In this document: positions 47,810 through 58,875 of the stretch, piece after piece | How the letters are laid out: each line of letters begins with the position of its first letter | Position numbering within the stretch: position 1 is the first letter of the stretch | From: Podarcis liolepis | Taxonomy: Eukaryota | DNA length: 64,000 bases | Strand: one strand, 5' to 3' | Assembly: GCA_965112155.1 (NCBI GenBank) | Contig: OZ218100.1 | Translations under genes and position numbers: made by a program | Notes under the pieces: generated by a model | The model's input: the letters and a program-made list of their open reading frames with translations, nothing else | The model's database searches: none | What the model was told of the DNA's origin: nothing

Positions 47810-48835
47810 TAAAGAGGGCACATGTTGTGGTGAGACCTGGCAACCAAACCCTGTGTTGTTGGGTGGGTTTGATTGAATAGCCACAACACCCAATTGGTAG
47901 GTCCCTTGATGCTGGGTTTAATTAGGCCAATGGGATGCAAGCTAAATGGATCAAGGGACCTATATATACCCATGCACGTGACCCAGAGCTTCCTCTTTCG
48001 GTGCGTGCATCGAAACACTCACCCACCTCTGCCTATATTTAGGGCTGTGCGCTTGACCTTGCTATTCTGTCATGCGTCATCTGTCGTTGGGACAGGGGCA
48101 CGGCAGGAATTTTCCCCACTTGGCTGATTGGCTGGTGCCATTTGGGTTTCGCCTGCCACATAGCAAATCATCACAACTTGTAAGGTTGCGGATAGGCTCT
48201 GGTTCAGGTGATAGGGATGGGAGAACACTCTTGCCATCCCTATGTGAAGGGTATTCCATTAAAGGAATCCAGGGACTCAATGGTTTGGTCAACCCCTGTG
48301 AGGGGGTTGTGCCTGTGCCTCTGCCTGTGCCTGAGTCCAGGGGGGCATTTGGGTGGCAGAGATTGCCTGTTCCCGGCTTTCCACTTATCCAGGTATTCAC
48401 CCTAGGCTGACCTATGCTGGTGCTCTAGTCAGCGCTACCTGCAACGGTGCAGGGAGGTAGTCGAACCAGAAGAGTTTGGATTTGATATCCCGCCTTTCAC
48501 TCCCCTTCAGGAGACTCAAAGCGGCTAACATTCTCCTTTCCCTTCCTCCCCCACAACAAACACTCTTTGAGGTGAGTGGGGCTGAGAGAATTCAAAGAAG
48601 TGTGACTGGCCCAAGGTCACCCAGCAGCTGCATGTGGAGGAGCGGAGACGCGAACCCAGTTTCCCAGATTAGGAGTCCACCGCTCTTAACCACTACACCA
48701 CTACACCACACTGGCACCACACAGTGGCCTATGCAACCACTCACTTGCTGTAATCAATAGAGTTGTGGCCTAAATTCTGCCAAAAACCAAAACAAAATTT
48801 GAGTCTTGTCTGAATTTATTTAAGGGGCAGGTTTA
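47810..48835 (+). mobile_element. LTR-like repeat without TG..CA ends (possibly DIRS/Ngaro-derived), copy 2, interrupted by a SINE
   Basis: CCAAT, cctatatata, acccacct and aata(g)agttgtggcc motifs. Boundaries approximate. Confidence 0.55.
48468..48715 (-). mobile_element. Squam3-like SINE, younger subfamily
   Basis: Reverse complement of the 28418-28669 type; has an 8-bp tandem duplication (cactacac) in the A box. Confidence 0.9.
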
Positions 48836-50825
48836 AAGGTCAGAACACGCAAACAGAATGGCTGATCCTCGATTTTAAAAGATTAACATTCCAGAAGGGA
48901 CTGGAACTACAAATATCAGTAGCCTGGTGGGAAAGTAATGCTATACACACCACAATCGGTCATGGAAGGCTCTGCTCAGACTGCACTTACGGTAATTATT
49001 GGAACTTGAAAAGGGCAACTCATTTTTTGTGACTGCTCCATTCCATCATGACATCTCTGACCAGAATCAATACACCTTTACTGCAAGATTTTAAAAATAA
49101 TAGATGCCTAAGGCTCTCTTTCTACTGTGATGTACATGGCTTGAGTGAGAAACCTACTCTGAAGTCCTGAGGCAATTTAAACATGATACTAACTCAATTT
49201 ACTGTGGCATAAGATTTCATAGACTTCATCAAGTCTATGAGATGCATGAAATATTACTCTCAATTGGCCACACACACGGTGGGGAGGAAATAAACTGTTG
49301 CAGATAGTGGGCCCCAAAAGCCATGAAATGCAAAAGGTACAATCTGTTGACTTTCGGACATAGCTCAATGTCCATACACAATAGCAAAAATTCTGTTATT
49401 GCCAATCTTCCTGCATGATATAACTAGGAAACCTGTGTTCTTGCCCATTACTACCCTTTAATTAGAAGAATCATAATGTTACAGGGCAAGGTAGAAACTG
49501 AAGGTTACATATTCCAACACCATAGGCTTTGTCTCATGGAGAGCCATTCAAATTTGTAGGATCCCTGTCCTCCTTTGGATTAGGTCATCTGAGAGGGGGG
49601 GAGGTTAAAGGGGGGGAAGTGGGGCATTTTAAAAAAAATAGAATTGCTCCTTATTTTGCAGATTAAAGGGTGCTGGGTCAGAAAAAGCTGGAAGACAATT
49701 TATCTACATTGTAGTGTGTCAGACACAGAAAATGGATGAAACAAAAATAACCCATACCTGTGGTACGTTCAGGGCACGTATTTGCTTTGATAATATGTAT
49801 ATAGCCAAATTGTTCAAGCAAGCAAATTTATCACATGATACAAGGGCAGCTTAAACAGTAGTGGTTTTTGCTCTTCAACTACAGAGAAAATTCCTCATTT
49901 TCTTCCTACTATAAAAATGGATTCCTTTAGTATTTGGTACATAGAAAGTGGGTTTGTACCAAGTCTGGGTTCAGCTGATTCAATATTGTCTGCATTGGCT
50001 TTCAGCATCTTTCCAAGTTTTCGGATAGTGATCTTTCCCAGCCCCGCCTGGAGGTCTTTAGCAGGCAGAAATCATGGCTCTGCCACTAAGCTGTGTTATT
50101 TACAAGTGAAGTACCAGAGTTCTGACCCTATGCATTGTTGTAATGAGACAACAACAGGTTAGAAATAAGAATCTGAAACAAAGCTTTCAGATTTTAAAGA
50201 ACAGGTTTTATTTTGCCACTATCACATCACTGCTTTGTCCTTTTTGTGCAGTCTGAAGATGTACTGAAAGTTCAACTATATTTGCTAGTTAAATCATTCT
50301 AAAATGCTGCAAGTTTGGCTTAAACAAAATTGTCACATGGAGAAAAATGCCACTCAGCTAGAAAAGAAATTGATGATGATGAGACAGGAAATGTATTTCC
50401 TTGCTATTTGCCCACTATTGAAAAGTGAGTAATTTTAAGAATGACATAATGAAGACAGAAAGGAAGAGGAACACATGTTCACTTGACAGTTCGGGGAGGC
50501 ATGCAGATGATTTGGTAGACATTTCTGTCTGAAAGAGTTTGATCATGTTATCAGTGCTAACAGGTCTGTTACAAGAGTGCCAGGCTGCCTTGAAGTGAAA
50601 TTGAAATGATTCGTGAATTTCATCTCATTTGGATTTTATTTTTTATTTTTTTTATTCTTTTTCATTTGTGATTTGTTATATTGCAAGCCTGCAGGGAAGC
50701 CCAGCCACTTGCATAGCAGCCAACATTTGTCAGATTAAGACTGATAGACCCCTCCTATCCTATGTGTGAGAATAGTTCCTCCATATAAAATGGAGAGTAA
50801 GTGGCATGAACACTGCTCTCTCTGG

Positions 50826-51109
50826 CCCCATCTGCACTATGCATTTAACATAGGCCTAGGAACTGAAGTTTGTTAAGGGTGCTGAGGGTCATTAGGAGAC
50901 AACCCTATTCCCCTCACAGAACTACAATTTCCAGAGTTCTCAGAGAAGAGGGATTGTTAAATGGCTCTGGGAATTGTACCTCTGTGAGGGGAATAGGCTC
51001 TCTGCTAATAACCCTCAGCACCCTTAACAAACTTCCCAGGATTCTTTGGGGGTAGCCATAATTGTTTAAAGTAGCATGATACTGCTTTAAATGCATAGTG
51101 CAGATGGGG
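50826..51109. mobile_element. Long palindromic MITE (PIF/Harbinger-like)
   Basis: Perfect 23-bp terminal IR ccccatctgcactatgcatttaa, plus internal IRs (tttgttaagggtgctgaggg/ccctcagcacccttaacaaa; cctattcccctcacag/ctgtgaggggaatagg). Confidence 0.8.
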
Positions 51110-51112
51110 ATA

Positions 51113-51333
51113 CAGTGGTACCTCTGGTTGCGAACGAGATCCATTCCGGACCCCTGTTCGCAACATGAGCAGAACGCAACCCGCGTCTGCGCATGCGTGG
51201 GTCGCGATTCACCACGTCTGCACATGCGCAAGCAGCGAAACCCGGAAGTAACCCTTTCCGGTACTTCCGGGTCGCCGCGAGACGCAACCTGAAATCACAC
51301 AACCTGAAGCAAACGTAACAAGAGGTATGACTG
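51113..51333. mobile_element. Tc1/mariner (Tigger-like) MITE
   Basis: TA-cagtggtacctc...gaggtatgactg-TA; CpG-rich interior. Confidence 0.9.
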
Positions 51334-51534
51334 TATATTAATTTATATGTACATATTTATAAATATATTTCCAATGCCTTGTGGATGTCATCCAGCAATG
51401 ACCTATGCTCGGTTATGGAAAAGTATTCTGTGGTGACATTCTTCTTTTTCCTTCTATGTTTCCAAATATCCAGTGGGCAGACAAGAAAGAAGGGTTTGAT
51501 TGTTGAATGTTATATGCTTACCTATAAACCAATA

Positions 51535-51572
<38 letters not shown>

Positions 51573-51849
51573 TTCTAATACCAAAGCATCACAGATAGCA
51601 AGAGATATGTAGCAGCCTGATGAGGAAATGTGCTTATGGGTTGATCTTGAAGAAACCATTTCAAGTTTCATGTATGCTTTCAGCTGTAGCCTATACACGC
51701 CCAGTCTTAAAATACTGAAATTAATATTAGAGTTTTAAATATGTTGCTGCTGCAGCAGCATGTAAATTAATGGTGAATCAGTAAATTATGCTGCTCATGG
51801 TATGAGAAGTTTGAGAGCAAATGTACAAGTGGCAACACATCAGTTTAAC

Positions 51850-52348
51850 CAGTGCTTTTTTCCTGGGGGTACGCAGGGGTACGCATACCCCTAAACATTT
51901 TGTGAATTTAATGGGAGAAGAATTTTTTTTAAAAAAAATAGTTTCTTCTCTAGCATGGTGAATTGTCAGTACCATTGCTACCCCCGATGGCGGGCTTATT
52001 TCCTGTCACGGTGTTTCCTGAGTCTCAGACGGAAGCGAGCATTTAATGTGTGAAGTAGGAGTTAGAATCTAGCACTGTGATCGATCAGTTTCTCTGTTAA
52101 CACCTCTGATGGTGGCTTCATTTCCTTTCCCTGTGTTTCCTGAGTCTCAGATGGAAGCAAGCGTTTAATGTATGAAGTAGTGTGGAATGTGGGTGTGTGA
52201 TAATATGAGGTAATATAAGGTAATGCATGTTCTTTGTACTTTTGTCCAATTACTGTATTTATTTTTCCCAATTTGAACCATAAAATGGTGATTTTCTTGA
52301 GTCAAAATGAGAGTACCCCTAAACATTTTTTTTAGAAAAGAAGTACTG
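51850..52348. mobile_element. hAT-type non-autonomous element
   Basis: TIR cagtgcttttttt/aaaagaagtactg; perfect 8-bp TSD agtttaac; subterminal tacccctaaacatttt repeats; internal ~48-bp duplication 120 bp apart. Confidence 0.88.
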
Positions 52349-55141
52349 AGTTTAACTGTCACAAAGTACGTGTATCAGCTTCCACAAGCCTGAAGACACC
52401 AACTGTATTTGGCTGTTATGCTGTGCTAATGGAATGGCATGAGAGCACTGCCACAATCTGATATCACCCTGGGTGGTATAACATTTTGTAAACCACTGTA
52501 TAAGGGCCATACCCCCTGAAAAGTGGATTAAGCCTTTTAAAATAAACAAGCTTTCATAATGGGTTTTTGGTTTTTTTACCAAACAGAGAGAATTGTATTT
52601 AATAAGTTCTAACTAATAACTTTCAGGTAACATGGTTTATTCAAACAACAGAAACACATTTTTAAACATTCAGTGATAAAATAAAAGTATGTAAACCTCG
52701 TTCAGGAAAGATTATTGTTTATCTGTTCTTAAGTATGTAAATAAGTCTATCATGAACAAATTTAAATTCTAACACACGTAACAGATTTTCTGTGAAGTAG
52801 GAAGTACACTTATCACTGCAAGGAAAGTGTCGTCCAAATGATAAGATTGTATTTGTTTCACTGGGCTATCTTGCAGCAAATCTAACAGCACAGAGCAAAC
52901 AATCCATTGTGGATGAAAACTCATTACAATCTATATCTAACCCAGGTCCTGAAATAGAAGCAGATGGGTGCTAACTAATATTCAAGAGTCATTTAATCTT
53001 CCATTGCTCTGAAGAAAAGCACCAGCTTCTAACTTACCTGAATTAATAGCATTACTGGAAAGGAAATTCAATACAGACAATGCATTTTAAGAAAACGACA
53101 TCCAACATAAGCATGGTTACTTTTTAAGAACTCCTTTTATACTCTTTAAAATCCTATTTATTTTATGTAAATCTATAATTTCATTTGGCAGAAAAATATG
53201 TAAATGGCATCTGCCTCTGGACCACAGAATGAAGATAGATATGAAAGACAGCTCTAGTTAAAATGAGGTTGCAAGTTTATTCTATTTTGTTTCTCCTACA
53301 AATGGCAACGTTCAGTTCATAAGATGCCCATAGGAAGCCCACAACCAGGGCTTGAGTTCAACAGCATTCTTCCCACTTGCTATTCCCAGCAACTGATGTT
53401 TGCCTCTGACAGTGGAGGTAGAACACAATAATCTAGAATCCACCGACATGCTTCCCAGATTCTAGTGGTCAACAGTAACAAAATCTAGTGATGCCTTAAA
53501 GGAGAGATGTGCTGTGAGTTGTAGTCTAAACATCTGGAGAGTCTTAGGTTGGCAAAGGCTTCCTTAAAGACTAATTTATTATGGCAAGAGCATTCCTGGA
53601 TTCAGCCCTGCTGCTCCTGGCTGGAAGGTGGGATTGGATCCTAAATTTCTGGGAAGAAAACTTTGCTCATGAGTTGCGTACAGAGGCTGAAAGGAGGAGA
53701 GTGTGATTTTCACTGGTTTCTTCTTCCTGCTGAAGCTCTCAGGGCAACAACATTTACCCTAAAACAATACAGCTGATGGATTTTTTAAAATGCCACATTA
53801 TAGCGAGCAGTTCTTAAAATAAAAGCTGCACAAATTCATCTTTCACCTAAGAAGAACTTGGACATGCATTCAAGTAAGCAAGAGTCTATGCATATCAGAG
53901 TACAAAGGTCACGGGAACAACAGAAGCTGGTGATGAATATAAGTTTCTCAGTTATTTGTTTCTGACTCTGCTGTATAATATCTACATTAACCGAGCATGA
54001 ATGAAACCCAAGCAGAATTTCAATTTGGTTTTACAAAATAAAACAGAGACACATTTGATCTGTCTGGAAAGTAGGAAAGCCATTGCAAAAGTTCTTGTTG
54101 CACTCTAAAAAGTGATTTGGGCCGATGGCAATACGTATCTTTGTGTCTTTATGTCAAGAATGAACTAGACCAGAGGCTTCCTTTGTTTCTTATTCCATTT
54201 TGTGATATCAGAGACAAACATACCAATGTGGCTGGGAAAACGCATTTAAGGTCAAATAATTCACACTGCCAGAGGAAGTAACAAGAATACAAATTGAAGC
54301 AGCATAAAACTTTGAAATTATATTTTTGTTCCATGTGTTTGTTCCCCTTCCATATACAACACCCAGGTTAGAAATGCAACAGAGCAGAAATCTATAGCTG
54401 GGAATAGTGGGAGAAGTTTAGCTAATATGAAATTTACATCTGCTGCGATTCAGGAAATAAGCTATTCCAAGTGCTGCCAAAATTATTCCTGACATATTTC
54501 TGAGCACATAACTCCACATATATATGTTGTAGTATAAATATACGTCAATGTGACCCCAGTCAGTCCAGGGTGGTATCCAATGCTAGCCTTACTCGGAGAA
54601 GATCCATTGAAATTAATGAGGAAAACTTTAATAAGCCTTTTCTTAAGTAGAACCAAGTGGAATACAACACATACTTTCCAGTTTGGAAACATATTATTAG
54701 TTCAAATGTACTATTAGATCAGATGGAATATGCATTACCACCATCCAGGCCCAGGCAGAGTTGACGGGGGAGTGAGGGGGATAGCCAGGTACACTTGCCC
54801 TGGGCCTCAGAGGGCTTTGCCAGCTGGGGAGCTTCACCAGGGGCCGACTGTCAGTGGGTCCACATCAATGAAACATGTGAGAAATTGTCACTGCCTGTAC
54901 CTGAGAGTAAGTCCCATTGAACTCAGAGTAACTTACTTCCGAATAGAACAACATTGGATTGCTCTATGAATTATTTAGAAGTTTTCTAACATGCATTCCA
55001 GAAAAAAATTCAATGGCAGCTATCATTTTTTAAAGAAACGACTCAAAATAGGGAACATTAAGGAGAGATGTAGGCCCCGGGGAAGCTACCTCTGCTTAGT
55101 ATGGGTAGCACTATGGCATTCTATATAATATCAATTTATAG

Positions 55142-55462
55142 TGTAGCACCCTGCTTGTGGTTAACGCTTAGCTGGAATGAAATATTCAACGCAGCAATAG
55201 AGAATTTAAAATAATTATTTATTTGTCAGACAAATAAATGAGAGGCACAGTGGTATATGGTTACCAAGCTCTGGCCTGGCTCCTGCCATTATGGCCAGCC
55301 CTTATATTCCCTTAATCCAGCCCCCTTTGCTCCTCCTGTGGCTGCCTCTGTCCAATCAGCCTGGTTGAATTTCCTATTGGCTGATTGCTATATCCAATCC
55401 TAAAAGATACACCCACATCCTCCTGTCCTTATATGGAACACAAACAGCTATATATTGTTACA
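55142..55462 (-). mobile_element. Probable solo LTR (ERV-like)
   Basis: TGTA...TACA ends; minus strand has a CArG box (55427-55436), CCAAT/ATTGG boxes, AATATAAG and AATAAA in promoter order. Confidence 0.65.
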
Positions 55463-56800
55463 TCTATAAATGACAAATAAGTAGTAATATATCTTACATG
55501 TGTCTCAACAAGGAATCTTAATTACCAGCTCACCTCTTGCCCTCCCTGCCCTATTGCCTTCTAAACAAATGGTTAATCTTAAATTTTTATCTTAAACATA
55601 TGTCAAGGATCTTGAGTTTCACATCAACATTGAAAGATATCCTTCATTTGAAGGTTTCTAAACAAATGTCTGACAGCTAATATATCAGGACAGCATTTGA
55701 TGGCGTCTTCCTGTCTGGCAGGGGGGCTAAACTGCTGGCTGACTTAATTCCAGGATAAATACAACTCTTCTAGCATTTGTTAAATCCTTTGCATAATTAC
55801 ATTTAAGCCAATATATTTAAGCTAATATATTTCATACATTATCATAGGTAACCTTTTAAAAGGAATAAGGCCTTTTTAAAGTAGAGAGAGAAAGAAAAAA
55901 AAAAAAAAGAACTCAGTTTAAAACAGTTTCAGAAGAAGCCTCTTCAGTTTACATCCCCCCCCTTCAGCAAGCTGCTTTTCCCATTATCTGTTTAAGGAAG
56001 AAACAGCTTTAAAAAGACTTCCCAGCTAGATGCTTTAAAAAGACTTCCCAAAAAGCCTCTCTTTCTCTGTCAGCTAGATGTTTTTTCTCCCATTTGCCTC
56101 TGGCCTTAGAAAATACAGCTCAAGGTTTAAAAGAGGCCCATGGTATCATTTTACTATTTGCCCATTCCTAATTATATTTATCTCTGCCTTTGTTATCTTC
56201 TGTAACATGTAGGGTCAGTGTCATTACTCAGTCTGTAATTTCAGCTTTTACGACTTTGAGAATTGTTTTCTGCTATAAATCAAGGGGGGGGCCCTTGTCT
56301 TAGGAGAATGGTCAAGGTTTTCTCTGCCTGGCATGAAACATTTGAAAATCTTTTAGGCTCTCTCTAATATACAAGTCCTGATCAAACATTAATAAAATGC
56401 AGGCTTATGCCTGATGCCTCAATAGAGCTCGCCTGGGAGAAGATAGAGCCTAAAGATGGTGGCCACTGTCTGTGTAGTTACATTGGTGGTGGCAGAAACA
56501 ATCAGATAACAGTATTGGTGTCCTACCCCATATAGAGGGCTGCCAGTTAATACATGAATTAACTGACCCATATTTATTTAAAAACTAGCATGAGTTTTGG
56601 ATTCACGGTAAAGCATGATAATAACTGGCAGTGTACCTTTAAGAGAAGACTGCTTGATTAACTCACAAAATGTCCCTACCCCAGGGAACCTCAGGGCTAG
56701 GGAATAAAAGCATCCCCTCTCCCCACTTTGGCTCTCTTTGAGTGCTTTTTCCTGACTGGAATGTGTCTTTAACTCTGATAATGACTCTTATTTATTGCTA

Positions 56801-56862
56801 TCATTCATTCATTCATTCATTCATTCATTCATTCATTCATTCATTCTTGCTTGCTTGCTTGC
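56801..56862. repeat. Compound (TCAT)n(TTGC)n microsatellite
   Basis: Direct inspection. Confidence 0.9.
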
Positions 56863-57293
56863 CAAAATGAAGGACAGGGAGGGCTATGTGAGTGTGCATA
56901 GGTAATAACCACTATACAAAGATAAAATCCAGCTTCATTGCTGTGCTCTCTTTTGCCTTTGATCCCACCCACCACTGTCATGTGACCCCCTAAAATGTTG
57001 CCCAGAAGGAGATGTGGCCCTCAGCAGACCAAAAAATGTTCCCCATCCCTGCCCTGGCTGATAGGGGACAACTGAGCACCAGCACGTATGTAATACTGCG
57101 TAATAAATAAATGTGCATTAACTCTGATATGTTTTCATATAGTGCAAAACCTCTGAAGCACAGAGGTAATGCTTTTCCACCCAATATTCCACCCAGAACA
57201 TATTATGTCCCCTGAGGTATCTGTGCTGTAAAATAAAGCTGTGAAACTAAAGATCTGTTGCTTCCAGGCATCAAAGTGAACTGCTTTCTAAAG

Positions 57294-57420
57294 TGTATCT
57301 GAAGAAGTGTGCATGCACACGAAAGCTCATACCAAGAACTAACTTAGTTGGTCTTTAAGGTGCTACTGGAAGGAATTTTTTATTTTGACTATGGCAGACC
57401 AACACGGCTACCTATCTACT
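57294..57420 (+). mobile_element. Penelope-like terminal-repeat monomer with hammerhead
   Basis: Identical over 125 bp to the reverse complement of 29495-29619; perfect 14-bp TSD actgctttctaaag (57280-57293, 57421-57434). Confidence 0.88.
57295..57332 (+). ncRNA. Minimal type I hammerhead ribozyme
   Basis: CTGAAGA at 57299-57305, GAAA at 57321-57324, predicted cut after C57328. Confidence 0.8.
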
Positions 57421-57863
57421 ACTGCTTTCTAAAGGGCAAAGATGTAATATGCCAAAGAAAAACAGGGAAAAGGTAAGAGATGCTGAGATAAAAAGCAAGC
57501 TCTCTGAGGAATGAAATAGGAATGCTACAGTAGTTCCTGGATAAAATAGTTTACAGAGGGCTGCCCAGGTATGAGAGATTATTATTCGGATGTCAGTGGA
57601 AGGTGGCTGCCAGAAAGCGCCCTAAGCCCCCTGAAAAGCCTCACCTGATGGTCAGGAGACCTTTCTAGATAGGGTAGACTGTGACATAGGGGGTTGAGGG
57701 CTACTGGGGGAAATGGGCATACTTTCAATGAGCAAGCCTCTGGGACTGAGAGGAGAGAGGAGCAAAGTGCTGAAGAGGCACCGTCTGACATCTCCCTTCC
57801 ACCAGAACCTCTCTGGTTCCAAGTCCTGTCCAAGTCTTATTTGTTTCAGAGCCCGACTGAGTG

Positions 57864-57918
57864 TCCTTCCTTCCTTCCTTTCTTTCTTCCTTCCTTCCTT
57901 CCTTTCTTTCTTTCTTTC
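57864..57918. repeat. (TTCC/TTTC)n microsatellite next to a probable minus-strand L1 3' end (~57920-58095)
   Basis: Direct inspection; the adjacent tttttttattaa reads as a minus-strand AATAAA plus A-tail. Confidence 0.8.
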
Positions 57919-58100
57919 ATCAATTTTTTTATTAAAAGTTTTCAACATAAAATACAACAGAAGTCAAAGTAATCTAAAGAGAAGGAAAGAACAAAGAAAG
58001 AGGAGTAGAAAGTATTGAAGAAAAAAGAGGATAAAGGAGGGAAGAACAGAAAAGTGTAAAAGGGACCTCCAACTATCCATCTGTCAATTATATATACATC

Positions 58101-58458
58101 AAACCACTGAGCCTCTTGGGCTTGCCGATCAGAAGGTCGGTGGTTCGAATCCCCGCAACACGGTGAGCTCCTGTTGCTCTGTCCCAGCTCCTGCCAACCT
58201 GGCAGTTCAAAAGCACACCAGTGCAAGTAGATAAATAGATACTGCTGCGGTGGGGATATAGATGGCATTTCTGTGCACTCTGGTTTCTGTCACTGTGTCC
58301 CGTTGTGCCAGAAGCAGTTTAGTCATGCTGGCTACATGACCTGGAAAGCTGTCTATAGACAAACGCCAGCTCCCTTGGCCTGAAAGCAAGATGAGTGTCA
58401 CAACCCCATCGTCGCCTTTGACTGGACTTAACTGTCCAGGGGTCCTTTACCTTTACCT
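58101..58458 (+). mobile_element. Sauria SINE, 5'-truncated
   Basis: Begins at aaaccactgagcc; (ACCTTT)n tail. Confidence 0.93.
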
Positions 58459-58499
58459 AGTTTTTCAGAATAGTCAAATGTTGAATGTACATGGGTTGT

Positions 58500-58875
58500 T
58501 CATGGCATCTCTGGGCAAAGGAGACTCAGAATCCAATTTACTCTTGGGCTCTGCCCTGACAGAAGGTTGCATCAGGAGCTACTTTACAGCAAGAGGTATC
58601 TGACTAGAGATGTCTGATGTCACAGAGGTGGACCATTCCTGCTTGGACCAGCCTCTGGATCCAGGTCTTCATTCCCAAGACTACTGGTCTCTTTTTTGGG
58701 TTCAGACACTTCCTTAGGTCCACCTCCCCCATCCAGCTAGGACCCTCCTCACAGTTTTCCAGCTCCGACTCCCTGAGCTCTTCGCATTCGTCCCAGGAAT
58801 CCAACCATCCCTTCTATGACAGCTCTATGGAACTCATAACATCGCTACCCCACCTTGATTCTGTATCCTGACCAA
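58500..58875 (-). mobile_element. Decayed Gypsy-type LTR fragment (U3)
   Basis: Purine-rich minus strand with an acidic reading frame like the other Gypsy LTRs; ends uncertain. Confidence 0.45.

Noticed and set aside
55500-56500. ERV pol/integrase relic
   Set aside because: I could not recover any diagnostic motif by eye; left unassigned.
57582-58401. Lys/Glu/Arg-rich and Phe/Leu-rich ORFs
   Set aside because: Translations of the (TTCC/TTTC)n microsatellite, a LINE tail and a Sauria SINE.
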